DNA of 64,000 nucleotides, from the IMG/VR virus record IMGVR_UViG_3300042698_000029, positions 89,127 to 153,126 of that record; one strand, written 5' to 3'. A model generated the notes under the pieces. That model ran no database searches, had not been told where the DNA came from, and saw only the letters and a list, made by a program, of their open reading frames with translations. The position numbers and the translations under genes are program-made. This stretch comes from a virus. Shown one piece after another: positions 35,696-44,143 of the stretch (position 1 is the first letter of the stretch; every line of letters begins with the position of its first letter).

Positions 35696-35862
35696 TGCCC
35701 TTGGCGGGATTCGAACCCGCGCCTGGATTTCTCCAGAGCTGAGTGTGGAAAACGCGCTTCCCTACAGACCCGGTTCGCGAGCCATTCGGTGCATCCGCAA
35801 CCTTCTCAGCACGCCGCCCCTCCGTTTTTGGGCCGCTCTGTCCCTGCCTGAGCTACAAGGGC
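35696..35862 (-). ncRNA. 167-nt tRNA-like RNA with a ~95-nt structured insertion
   Basis: GCCCTTG/CAAGGGC-A acceptor, D arm GCTC...GAGC, T arm GCGGG-TTCGAAT-CCCGC. Internal GCTGAG/CTCAGC and CTGGA-GAAA-TCCAG stems. Confidence 0.75.
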
Positions 35863-35873
35863 ATGATCCATGT

Positions 35874-36041
35874 TCAGTTGTCCGCGCTGTCCCCCAGGTA
35901 CTTCCGGGTGAGGCGCCTGCTCTTGCCGAGCTTGCGCTGTACCGCCCAGGGGTCCTTGTTCTTTCGGCCGCTTCCGGTGAGCGTGGAGTAGCCGCACATC
36001 AGGCAGCAGCCCCGCCAGCGCTTGTGGGGAGAGTGGGCCAT
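35874..36041 (-). CDS. 55-aa basic Cys-containing protein preceded by a uORF
   Basis: Manual translation MAHSPHKRWRGCCLMCGY...RKLGKSRRLTRKYL, GGAG RBS. Confidence 0.55.
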   Translation of the reverse strand: MAHSPHKRWRGCCLMCGYSTLTGSGRKNKDPWAVQRKLGKSRRLTRKYLGDSADN

Positions 36042-36075
36042 GACTGAGCTCCGTTCGAGTTTTCCCGGCCCCTCT

Positions 36076-36108
36076 TCAGGGCTGGGGTAGCTCGCGGTAC
36101 TCGTTCAT
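36076..36108 (-). promoter_or_regulatory. uORF MNEYRELPQP* (candidate leader peptide)
   Basis: GGAGG RBS, ends Pro-stop. GAGCT in the uORF can pair with AGCTC, which overlaps the downstream RBS. Confidence 0.45.
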
Positions 36109-36260
36109 CGTCCGTCCTCCGGTCTGGGTTGAAAGGTGCGGGGGCCGTATAGCCTCGGCCGCAGAAATATCTTGCATCAGGAGAGCCGCCACGCGGATCA
36201 CTGAAGTTGGCCTCCTCCTACCCGTGCAGAGTCGGCTGTCGTCTCTGCTGGCATCCGCCG

Positions 36261-36332
36261 CTCCCCTTCAAGGACTCGAACCTCAGTTTCCTGATCCAGA
36301 ATCAGGCGTCCTGCCGACTGGACGAAAGGGGA
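36261..36332 (-). tRNA. tRNA-Gln(CUG)
   Basis: Cloverleaf, CCTGA-TTCTGGA-TCAGG. Confidence 0.9.
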
Positions 36333-36356
36333 TTGAGATTATGCAATTGTACTGCG

Positions 36357-36430
36357 TAGGTGGGGTGGGATTCGAACCCACACATTGCATCCGTTATCCG
36401 GCCGTCTCTGCGCGATTGGACTACCCACCT
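36357..36430 (-). ncRNA. tRNA-like RNA with a collapsed anticodon arm (loop GATAA, Ile-derived?)
   Basis: Perfect AGGTGGG/CCCACCT acceptor and GTGGG-TTCGAAT-CCCAC T arm. Anticodon arm reduced to CCG-GATAA-CGG. Confidence 0.7.
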
Positions 36431-36511
36431 TTGCAGGCGCCTGCCGTATGGATCCCGACCAAGAGTACAGCAGGCGCCTTCACGAAACCGAAACCCGAGG
36501 GAATCGGTTGG

Positions 36512-36677
36512 TCATACGTCCTGGGCGATCTCCTCTTCGCAGCCCGCGTGCAGCCACTTCTTGAGGATCCGGTCCTCTACTTCGAAAACGTAGGGGTCCG
36601 CTACCCAGAAAACTTCTTCTTTCGCTACCCCTACCAACCCACAGTGGGAGCACTTTCGATACAGCTTGGTGTTCATG
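36512..36677 (-). CDS. small zinc-binding protein
   Basis: GGAGG RBS, CSHC...HAGC motif. Confidence 0.5.
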
Positions 36678-36723
36678 AGGTTCCCTCCGAGTGAGTGACT
36701 TTTCAATCTCTCGGACGACCTCG

Positions 36724-36797
36724 TGGCTCGGGCTGGGCTTGAACCAGCGACCTTCTCCTTATGAGGGAGCTGCTCTAACCACCTGAGCTACAGAGCC
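36724..36797 (-). tRNA. tRNA-Met/Ile2(CAU)
   Basis: Cloverleaf, CTCC-CTCATAA-GGAG. Confidence 0.88.
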
Positions 36798-36805
36798 TTG
36801 CTTCA

Positions 36806-37090
36806 TCAGACGATCTTGTGGACCATCTTCGGCATCCCGAAGGACATCGCACAGGTGGGGCCGTACTGCGTCAGCAGCTCCACCTGGGGGACGCTGCCGT
36901 TCTCGAAGGGATCGGTCCAGGTCTCCACCGGCATGCCGTTCGGATAGCCGCCGTAGTTCATGACTTCGGCGAGGGTGGCGAAAGTACCGGCCGGGACGGA
37001 GGCGGCCCACAGCGTCACCTTCTCGGTGAGATGCTTCCCCAGGTCGGGGTTGGCGGCGTAGTGAGACTTCTTGTCGACCGTGATGTGCAT
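36806..37090 (-). CDS. hypothetical protein (94 aa)
   Basis: GGGAG RBS, strong GC3 bias. Confidence 0.6.
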   Translation of the reverse strand: MHITVDKKSHYAANPDLGKHLTEKVTLWAASVPAGTFATLAEVMNYGGYPNGMPVETWTDPFENGSVPQVELLTQYGPTCAMSFGMPKMVHKIV

Positions 37091-37121
37091 GACTCCCCCT
37101 AGTTTCTCCCCGCGTGTACCG

Positions 37122-37194
37122 AGCCTCCGACAGGGTTCGAACCTGCGACACCTTCCTTACGAAGGAAGTGCTCTACCAGCTGAGCTACAGAGGC
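37122..37194 (-). tRNA. tRNA-Thr(CGU)
   Basis: Cloverleaf, CTTCC-TTCGTAA-GGAAG. Confidence 0.92.
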
Positions 37195-37280
37195 AATGTC
37201 CGGCTTTCGAGCTCTCAGGAGACCGGACGAACCTGACTAAGGTGTTACCGGGCAGTACCCGGTTACTGATCAGTACCCCG

Positions 37281-37354
37281 TACACTCGGCAGGATTCGAA
37301 CCTGCAACCTCCTGGTCCGTAGCCAGGTGCTCTATCCGATTGAGCTACGAGCGC
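37281..37354 (-). tRNA. tRNA-Arg(ACG)
   Basis: Cloverleaf, CCTGG-CTACGGA-CCAGG. Confidence 0.92.
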
Positions 37355-37502
37355 TTGACGAGGTACCGCGTCTTCCTCGGACTCACCTGCGGGAGCCACG
37401 CGGTACCTCTTGCCTGGTGTGACCCAAGGCGACCGCCGTGTCCCGCACCCCTTGACCCCCGGAGGGCTCGCCTGGTGACGGGAACTTAACGGATAGCAGG
37501 AG

Positions 37503-37576
37503 TAGGGGAGAGAGGAATTGAACCTCCGACCTCGTGATTATCAGTCACGCGCTCTTACCAACTGAGCTACACCCCT
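37503..37576 (-). tRNA. tRNA-Ile(GAU)
   Basis: Cloverleaf, CGTGA-CTGATAA-TCACG. Confidence 0.92.
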
Positions 37577-37699
37577 TTGAAGAGGCCGGTCTCCTGTCCA
37601 GAAGATGCGCGGCCTCTCGCCCAGCGAATTCCCCGAAGGTGCATTCCATGGAATTCTCTGCACTTGGGCCCTTGGGTTTCCCTGGCCCCTTCTGTCTTC

Positions 37700-37729
37700 A
37701 GTATGCCCACAGTGCCGCAGGCCTTGCAA
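37700..37729 (-). promoter_or_regulatory. sigma70/HrdB-type promoter for the tRNA array
   Basis: TTGCAA-N18-CATACT upstream of the first tRNA. Confidence 0.55.
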
Positions 37730-37760
37730 GCCGTATCAGCTCGATGTGACCTGACTCACT

Positions 37761-38174
37761 TCAGCAGTACGCCGACTGGAGCATCCAGGTCGGGGCTGAA
37801 GCCTTGAGCTCCAGCGTCTTCACCGCCCATTCCAGTCGGAGAACCTCCTCCATGCCCAGGGAGAAGTGACTGTGATCGATCGTCTTCCCGCCGCCCTCGT
37901 CCACGGAGACCGACCGCGACGTGAGCAGGATGAACCGATGCCCCAGTGGGGTGGGGTTGTTCACCCAGGGGATCTCCAGGCCGAGTTCGTCCCGGAGGCG
38001 CACGGTCAGGTCGTCGTACTCCAGAGCGTTGACCGTTTCCTCGTCCACGCCGTGCTCCAGGAGCAGCACCTTCTGCATGGTCTCGATAACGTCCCCCGAT
38101 CCGAAGGTCCAGCTCTGCTCGGACGGCTCTTCGAACGCTACGCCGAAGTGGAGCTCTGTCTGGTGGTAACCCAT
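37761..38174 (-). CDS. hypothetical protein (137 aa)
   Basis: GAAGGGG RBS, GC3 bias. Confidence 0.6.
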   Translation of the reverse strand: MGYHQTELHFGVAFEEPSEQSWTFGSGDVIETMQKVLLLEHGVDEETVNALEYDDLTVRLRDELGLEIPWVNNPTPLGHRFILLTSRSVSVDEGGGKTIDHSHFSLGMEEVLRLEWAVKTLELKASAPTWMLQSAYC

Positions 38175-38265
38175 GATATTCCCCTTCCGTTCTCACTATT
38201 TTCCCACGTCATACCTGGTGGTAGTACCCTGTGGAGACGTGACCCCCACCACACCTGGAGTATCC

Positions 38266-38457
38266 GTGGATCCCACCGAGCAGATGATGAAGTTCTTCGA
38301 GTTCGAACATCTTCCCGCTCATCTTCAGCAGGTCTCCAAGATCTTCTCCACGGCAGCTGCGCAGATCGTGGATCTGGTGCCACCGGGCCCGGAGCGGACA
38401 GTGTGTCTCCGCAAGCTGCTGGAGGCCAAGGACTGCGGAGTACGGGCCTCCCTGTAA
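38266..38457 (+). CDS. small helical-hairpin phage protein, candidate Acb2/Tad1-type nucleotide sponge
   Basis: FFEFEHLPAHLQQVSKIF...PPGPERTVCLRKLLEAKDCGVRA, GGAG RBS + GTG. Confidence 0.5.
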   Translation: MDPTEQMMKFFEFEHLPAHLQQVSKIFSTAAAQIVDLVPPGPERTVCLRKLLEAKDCGVRASL

Positions 38458-38528
38458 AAACGCTGAGACCCTCTCCGATGGCGGCCCGCAGGCCGGGGAA
38501 ACCGGAGAGGGTCTCAGGACCGAAAGCG

Positions 38529-39248
38529 TCAGCGATCGGTCACCCTGTTGCGGCGCGCGAAGACAAGGACTCCCGCGCCGAGGAACATGATGCCACTAGC
38601 GAAGAGCATCTGCACCACGTCCTCATACCCCGCGCGTTCGGTCCTGGTCTCCTCCGTGGACAACCTCGTTTCGCCCCTCGACGCGGGCGGCTGGGGAACC
38701 CGGGGTGGAGGAGGCACCACCAACTTGCTGAAAGGGGTTCTTTCCATGCCGGTGTACGACACGGACGGATTCGGGGAGCTCGAAGATTTCGGCCCCGAGA
38801 TCGCCGCCGATGAGGCGGATGAAGTAGAGACGGGGCCGCCTGAGATCTGGGTGGTGCGACGAGCCAAGCCCGTACGGCTGCCCGTGGAAGACGTACCAGA
38901 CCCCAGGGGGTGCCTCAACGTCCCCGGGACGCCCGTACCCCGTGTAGAGGAGATCGTCTTCCCAGGCCTCTCCCTGATCGGCGGCCCACTCCTGGAAGAT
39001 TGGGCCGAAGGACCGGAGAACGGACGTGCAGGCTTTGCGGCAGAGGTCGGGGATGGTGGGGATACGGCCACGCACTCTTCAACCTCGACGTACCAGGCGG
39101 GTGGGTCCGGGGGTGCCGGAACGGGTTCGAAATAAGTAGAACATGAACACGGGCAATCCGAACGGTTGCCCTGTGTCGCCACGGCGGCCGAGCCGAGCCC
39201 TACGAAGACCACGACAGCCGTGACGGTCACCAGGAAGACGTGTCGCAT
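38529..39248 (-). CDS. putative secreted, C-terminally anchored Pro/Ser/Thr-rich protein
   Basis: N-terminal signal peptide, C-terminal TM + RRNR tail. Confidence 0.45.
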   Translation of the reverse strand: MRHVFLVTVTAVVVFVGLGSAAVATQGNRSDCPCSCSTYFEPVPAPPDPPAWYVEVEECVAVSPPSPTSAAKPARPFSGPSAQSSRSGPPIRERPGKTISSTRGTGVPGTLRHPLGSGTSSTGSRTGLARRTTQISGGPVSTSSASSAAISGPKSSSSPNPSVSYTGMERTPFSKLVVPPPPRVPQPPASRGETRLSTEETRTERAGYEDVVQMLFASGIMFLGAGVLVFARRNRVTDR

Positions 39249-39257
39249 GGAGCCTTT

Positions 39258-39578
39258 CTACGCGTTGATGCAGGTGTTTCCAAACGCGGGGTTCAGTGCA
39301 CCGATTACGTTGACCGTGTTGCCGCAGACGTTGATCGGAATGTGGATCGGGATCTGAACGACATTGCCCGAGAGGATGCCCGGCGAGCCCACGGCCGCAC
39401 CCGTGGCGTGAGCCCCTCCGCCGCCGTGGTGGTGGTGGCCTCCGTGGTGGTTCTTGCGCCCGTGGTCCTTCTCCTCACACACGTGGTCGTAGCCGCAGGA
39501 CGGGGCCTGGGCCACGGCTGCGGCCGGGGCACCCAGTACCAGGGAAACACTGGCCACGGCCAGAGCGAGCTTCTTCAT
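39258..39578 (-). CDS. chp: short chaplin (DUF320) with His-rich linker
   Basis: Signal peptide and GAAVGSPGILSGNVVQIPIHIPINVCGNTVNVIGALNPAFGNTCIN chaplin domain. Confidence 0.92.
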   Translation of the reverse strand: MKKLALAVASVSLVLGAPAAAVAQAPSCGYDHVCEEKDHGRKNHHGGHHHHGGGGAHATGAAVGSPGILSGNVVQIPIHIPINVCGNTVNVIGALNPAFGNTCINA

Positions 39579-39672
39579 CAAGGGTCCTTTCGTAGGTGGA
39601 TGGATCACCGGCGTCCCAACGAAGTCGAGGCCGCCGGGTCGCGGGGAGTCACCCGGATGATTCCGGGCCGAT

Positions 39673-41559
39673 TCAGCCCCCGAGCTCCTTGACCGCCGCG
39701 TACACGCGTCGGGCAATGTACAGGTGACCTGCGTCGTTGGGGTGAACACCGTCCGAACCGATGTAGAGGTCGGCGTTGCCGCTCCCTGTGGGAGAGCTGG
39801 TGTTGCCCGTGCCCGTGATCCACGGTCCGTGAGTGGCGACGAGGGTTCCGGTGGCGTCGTAAATGGAGCCCGTGACGGGGGAGATGAAGGGGATTCCGGC
39901 CGCAGCAGCCGACAGGCGCAGGGTGGTGTCGGTGTTGGTGATGCCACTGCCGGGCGAGCCGGTGGGAGACCAGCACCCGAGCACGTAGATCTGCGTGTCC
40001 GGCAGGGCCGCCTGGATGGTGCTGTACAGCAGGTCGGCCGCTGTGTCGATCGCAGGCTGGGATCCGCCGTTGTCGTTGTACCCGCCCCAGATGAACAGGA
40101 TGTCCGGCGCCCACGGCGTGACGTCCACGGCGACACGGTCCTGGAAGACGACGGAGGTACCAGGAGTGATGTATCCCGTGCCGCCGATGCCTTCCTGCCA
40201 CGAGTCCTCGTAGCCCAGCATCTGCATGGCCTTGTTGAACCAGGTTCCCGCGCCCAGGGCGGTGTTCATGGCGCTTCCCCCGGACAGGCTGTCGCCCAGC
40301 ACCATCACCCGCTTCTCGGGCTGCGGAGGCTTCCACATGATGGCAGTCGGGGGAAGGTAGATGCCTCCGAAGGGCATTACTGAGCAGTCGAAGCGGATGA
40401 CGCGCGGCTTCGCGCGGCCCAACGTGACCGTGAGCAGGTGCGTGCTGCCGGGGGTGGTGCCTGCAATGGCCTGCATGAGGTCGGTCAGGGGACGGCCGTC
40501 GACCCAGAGCCGCAGGTGTCCGGCGGACTGGAAGTTCAGGCGCAGCTGGAACGCGTCGGCGTCGGTGCCGAAGCTGAAGCTGTACGTGGACTGGGACGAG
40601 GCGAGGGTCGTGCGGGTGTTGGGGTACCGGGAGGTCGGGAGTACGTAGGTGGAGTCGGGAGTCCCGGATCCGATGGTGAAGTTGCCCGCGCCCAGGTACA
40701 GGAAGCGTCCGGTGACGTCGCTGCCGGAGAGCGCCACTCCGGGAGGGGCTTGTTTGATGTACCCGCTGGCGGGGGTGCTGGTCTGGGCGATGCTGATGTT
40801 TGTCGGGGCCGGGGCGGGACCGAGGTTGGTCAGCGTCATGCGCCACGGGTAGTTGGGGAAGGCGTAGACCCGGCCCGCGCCAGTGCCCTGGTTGGCCAGG
40901 GCGATGGTGGCGAAGCCGTTGCTGAGGTGCGCGGCGGTGACGGTGAAGATCGTGCCCGAAGACGCCTTGTTGAACGAGGTGCTGGGGTAGAACTCGGGGT
41001 TGCCCTCCGTGAGCGGGGAAGCGGTGCCGGAGGAGGCGTATTGCGCGATGGCTCCGGCTGAGCTGAGGAGTACCAGGTCCAGGTAGCGGCTGCCGGAGTA
41101 GAGCATCCCGAGGTGGACCTGGATGCGGTCGTCGGGCTGCGCCAGGATGGAGCACTTGAGCTGGGTGCCCACGCTGGTGGACGCGATTGTCCAGGACGCG
41201 GCCGAGGCGAGGTCCTGGACAGCACCGTCGATGATCTTTGCTTCGGCGGTGCGGTTGCCCGTGCTGTCGACTCCCGGGACACCCTGAATGCCCTGGAGAC
41301 CTGGTGACCCGTCCTGGCCGTCCGCTCCGGCGGGACCCGTGGCGCCGGTCGCCCCCGTTGCTCCAGGAGTTCCGGGCGCCCCGTCTGCCCCGTCCTGGCC
41401 GTCCGCTCCGGCCGGTCCGGCGGGGCCCGTCGGTCCAGTGGGTCCGGTGGCCCCTGGAGGCCCCGTGGGTCCGGTCGGCCCGGTAGCGCCGGGTGCCCCG
41501 TCAGCACCGGGAGGACCCGGAATGCCGTAACTTCCGCATACCCCTGGATACGTGCTCAT
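39673..41559 (-). CDS. collagen-repeat protein with C-terminal SGNH/GDSL hydrolase
   Basis: (Gxy)n tract, GDSL, GGTGY, GGYND and DGVHP motifs. Confidence 0.85.
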   Translation of the reverse strand: MSTYPGVCGSYGIPGPPGADGAPGATGPTGPTGPPGATGPTGPTGPAGPAGADGQDGADGAPGTPGATGATGATGPAGADGQDGSPGLQGIQGVPGVDSTGNRTAEAKIIDGAVQDLASAASWTIASTSVGTQLKCSILAQPDDRIQVHLGMLYSGSRYLDLVLLSSAGAIAQYASSGTASPLTEGNPEFYPSTSFNKASSGTIFTVTAAHLSNGFATIALANQGTGAGRVYAFPNYPWRMTLTNLGPAPAPTNISIAQTSTPASGYIKQAPPGVALSGSDVTGRFLYLGAGNFTIGSGTPDSTYVLPTSRYPNTRTTLASSQSTYSFSFGTDADAFQLRLNFQSAGHLRLWVDGRPLTDLMQAIAGTTPGSTHLLTVTLGRAKPRVIRFDCSVMPFGGIYLPPTAIMWKPPQPEKRVMVLGDSLSGGSAMNTALGAGTWFNKAMQMLGYEDSWQEGIGGTGYITPGTSVVFQDRVAVDVTPWAPDILFIWGGYNDNGGSQPAIDTAADLLYSTIQAALPDTQIYVLGCWSPTGSPGSGITNTDTTLRLSAAAAGIPFISPVTGSIYDATGTLVATHGPWITGTGNTSSPTGSGNADLYIGSDGVHPNDAGHLYIARRVYAAVKELGG

Positions 41560-41687
41560 GGCGACCCTTTCGGACGATTCGCTCTCAGGGTATGCCAAAG
41601 GGTGCAGAGCGGATCATCCGGACATGACGAAGCCCCCACCTGTTCGTGCAGATGGGGGCCTCGCTGCGCGTGACTGCGGAATCCAGG

Positions 41688-42005
41688 TTACTGATCTATG
41701 TGGGGGCCGATGTACTCCACACAGATGGTCTGAACGTCATCCACCCGTTCGCCGTAGAACCAGACGAGGCGTTCTGCCGAGGGCCCTCGCCGGACCCATG
41801 AGAACCACAGCTCGTCTCTGCCCTGGAGCCACGAGGGACCTCGGTTGGACGCCCGGCGGTGGCTGGATAGGGACGGGTACGAAGGATCCTTCTCCAGCAG
41901 GTTCAGGGCCTTCTTGACCTGTCTGATCTTGCCGTGGTCCCCGCTGCGCTCGATGGCCTGGAGGCCTCGGCGCGCACGTTCTCTGATGTCGAGCTGGTAG
42001 GGCAT
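41688..42005 (-). CDS. RelE-like toxin
   Basis: YQLDIRERA...KKALNLLEKDPSYPSLSSH...RLVWFY...IGPH pattern. Confidence 0.65.
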   Translation of the reverse strand: MPYQLDIRERARRGLQAIERSGDHGKIRQVKKALNLLEKDPSYPSLSSHRRASNRGPSWLQGRDELWFSWVRRGPSAERLVWFYGERVDDVQTICVEYIGPHIDQ

Positions 42006-42037
42006 GCGTTCTCCTGCGCGGTGCGCGAATGGACGGG

Positions 42038-42379
42038 TTATATGTCGTCAAGGCGCGAGCCACCCAGAAAGTTCCTGAAGAACTCCCTCACCCCGCCGCG
42101 AGGGCGGACGGATGGCTTTCCTCCGCCGGGTTCGGCACGGACCCCGTTGTCCTGGTACACGGCTTCCACGCCCGTGATCCCGTTGAGCTTGCGGATCATG
42201 GCGTAGTACTGGCCGAGAGGGAGCAGATCCTTCGGCTCCTCCAGCTCAATCACATCCGTGCGGAGCCAGTGGCGGGCCCCTGCGAGCTCCCGGTCAGGCC
42301 CCAGGATTGAGATGGCCTCGTCCCAGATCCTGTCCTGGTCGGCCTTCGGCAAACCCTTGCGCATGCGTACGACAATCAC
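42038..42379 (-). CDS. hypothetical protein (113 aa)
   Basis: GAAGGGGAG RBS. Confidence 0.55.
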   Translation of the reverse strand: MIVVRMRKGLPKADQDRIWDEAISILGPDRELAGARHWLRTDVIELEEPKDLLPLGQYYAMIRKLNGITGVEAVYQDNGVRAEPGGGKPSVRPRGGVREFFRNFLGGSRLDDI

Positions 42380-42463
42380 TGCACTCCCCTTCCGTAGGTT
42401 TCTCCACCCTAAGGTGAACTGGAGGGTACGGAAAGGGAGTTGACCGTGAGTCCTGTCACATGG

Positions 42464-44095
42464 CTACACGGTCGGCATGGACACGTTTCGCCAGTGCGGC
42501 GTGGAGCTGTTCTGGGTGACGTTGCCCGACACCAGGTGCATGTAGGGGCCCCGGTAGGTCTGGGCTGCCGCTGCCGAGGAGGTGATGGAGAACTCCGGCG
42601 AGATGTCGGTCCTGACGAAGGTGAGCGAGGTCGGCCGGACCTCGATCCTGAAGGTCATGTAGGTGTCTGCCACGGGCGGCTGGAAGCCGCTGGTGGTGGG
42701 CGGGGTGCCATTCGCCACGGCCGTGCTGCCAGCGGTGCCGGGGTCGTGGCGGTTGATGAGCATTTCGCCGTTGGCCCGGACAAGGCAGTGGTACCCGCCG
42801 ACCGTGTTGGTGGATCCCGTGAAGATGTACTGGGTGTCATCGGGGCGGCATACCGCTACTCCGCTGACCTGAGTGGAGACGGGCGGGATGACGGGCCATT
42901 TCATGGACCACAGCACGTTGTAGGACGAGGGGGCTGGGACTTCGTTCAGGCCGCCCAGGCAGACCGTGTGAGCGGAGCTCAGGCTGGGGAAATAGACGCT
43001 GCCGTCACTGGCGTCGAACTTCAGCCGGGTCGCGCGCGAAGCCTCCGAGGTGGGGATCGTCGGATCCCCCTCCAGCATGCCGGGCATCATGACCTTGGTG
43101 GCGAAGTTGTCGGCCGCCAGCATCTTGTACGTGAACTCGGTGTTCGTGGACCGGGTGACGTAGGCGATGCGCGAGCACATCAGGCCCTTGACTCCGAGAT
43201 CCTGGCTGAGGTGGCGTGCCTGCTCGCGGCGGTGGACTTCCCAGACCATGGTGTCCTTGCCCCGTGCGACGATCTCCGCGATACGGGCATCGGTCGTGAC
43301 GGCGGGAATCCCCCACATGTCTACGACGGAGTCGTAGGTGTTGAGCTCGCTGTCGTTGGTCAGGCCGTCCCCGGCCAGGTACCCCCACGTGGTGAATCCG
43401 TTGGTCCGGGCCCAGGACAGCAGGCTGTTGTTGTACATCATCTTGACCACGACGTTCTGCCGGGCCTGCGGGTAGTCCTCCAGGAGCATGCGCTGCAAGG
43501 GCTGTACCGCCGCGTTGGATTTGGCCTCTACGAAGATCACCGTGTTGTGGATGAACCGGTCCAGCACTTCTCGCAGGGTGACCAGGCGCTGACCGGGCCA
43601 GCCCGGTCCGAGGTAGTCGGTCTCCTCGCTCCGTACGAGGGCGGCGATCTCCGACCAGGGGCGCGTGGTGGCCGCTCCGGTGGAGTTGGTGCTTTTGTCG
43701 AAGTCCGGGTCGTGCATGCAGAACAGCGTCTTGTCGGCTGCCGCAACCACGGACACCTCGATCGCGGGCACGTAGCCGTTCGTCCTCATCAGCTCGGTGC
43801 TGACGTCGTAGCCGACCAGGGTGTGTTCGGGGAATTCGGCGCCGGATCCCCGGTGGGCGACGTACCAGCCAGCGGCCTGCGCTCGCATCTGGGCGATCGT
43901 GTAGGCGGGCAGGGCGGAGCTGGCCGACGGGCCCTGGCCCTCCTGGGACACGACGACCGACCAGGGGGCCGCTGGAGGGGACTGGCCTGCGGTGGTGGTG
44001 CTGGTGGCCAGGAAGATGGCGCCCCGGAACGAGACCAGGGAGCCGGAGGGGTAGATGGTATTGGCAGACCAGACGCCCCGCCACGGATAGGCCAT
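42464..44095 (-). CDS. glycerophosphodiester phosphodiesterase-like protein with N-terminal CBM-like module
   Basis: WRGVWSANTIY..G.LV module, then VAHRG, PEHTL, IEVSV, MHD and EAK GDPD motifs. Confidence 0.85.
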   Translation of the reverse strand: MAYPWRGVWSANTIYPSGSLVSFRGAIFLATSTTTAGQSPPAAPWSVVVSQEGQGPSASSALPAYTIAQMRAQAAGWYVAHRGSGAEFPEHTLVGYDVSTELMRTNGYVPAIEVSVVAAADKTLFCMHDPDFDKSTNSTGAATTRPWSEIAALVRSEETDYLGPGWPGQRLVTLREVLDRFIHNTVIFVEAKSNAAVQPLQRMLLEDYPQARQNVVVKMMYNNSLLSWARTNGFTTWGYLAGDGLTNDSELNTYDSVVDMWGIPAVTTDARIAEIVARGKDTMVWEVHRREQARHLSQDLGVKGLMCSRIAYVTRSTNTEFTYKMLAADNFATKVMMPGMLEGDPTIPTSEASRATRLKFDASDGSVYFPSLSSAHTVCLGGLNEVPAPSSYNVLWSMKWPVIPPVSTQVSGVAVCRPDDTQYIFTGSTNTVGGYHCLVRANGEMLINRHDPGTAGSTAVANGTPPTTSGFQPPVADTYMTFRIEVRPTSLTFVRTDISPEFSITSSAAAAQTYRGPYMHLVSGNVTQNSSTPHWRNVSMPTV

Positions 44096-44143
44096 ACCAG
44101 GCTCCTTTGGACTATCTGGACATTGCTCTCTTAAAGGATAGGA

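Noticed and set aside
35696-35862. tmRNA or group I intron-containing tRNA
   Set aside because: No alanine G3:U70 identity, a full D stem is present, there is no tag ORF, and the insert is too short for a group I core.
38548-39135. 195-aa plus-strand acidic ORF
   Set aside because: It overlaps a minus-strand ORF that has a signal peptide and C-terminal anchor and follows the chaplin gene. The strand choice remains somewhat uncertain.
41280-41520. GC-rich 9-bp-period repeats here and at 45850-46215
   Set aside because: Explained by collagen Gly-X-Y coding, not a DNA-level element.
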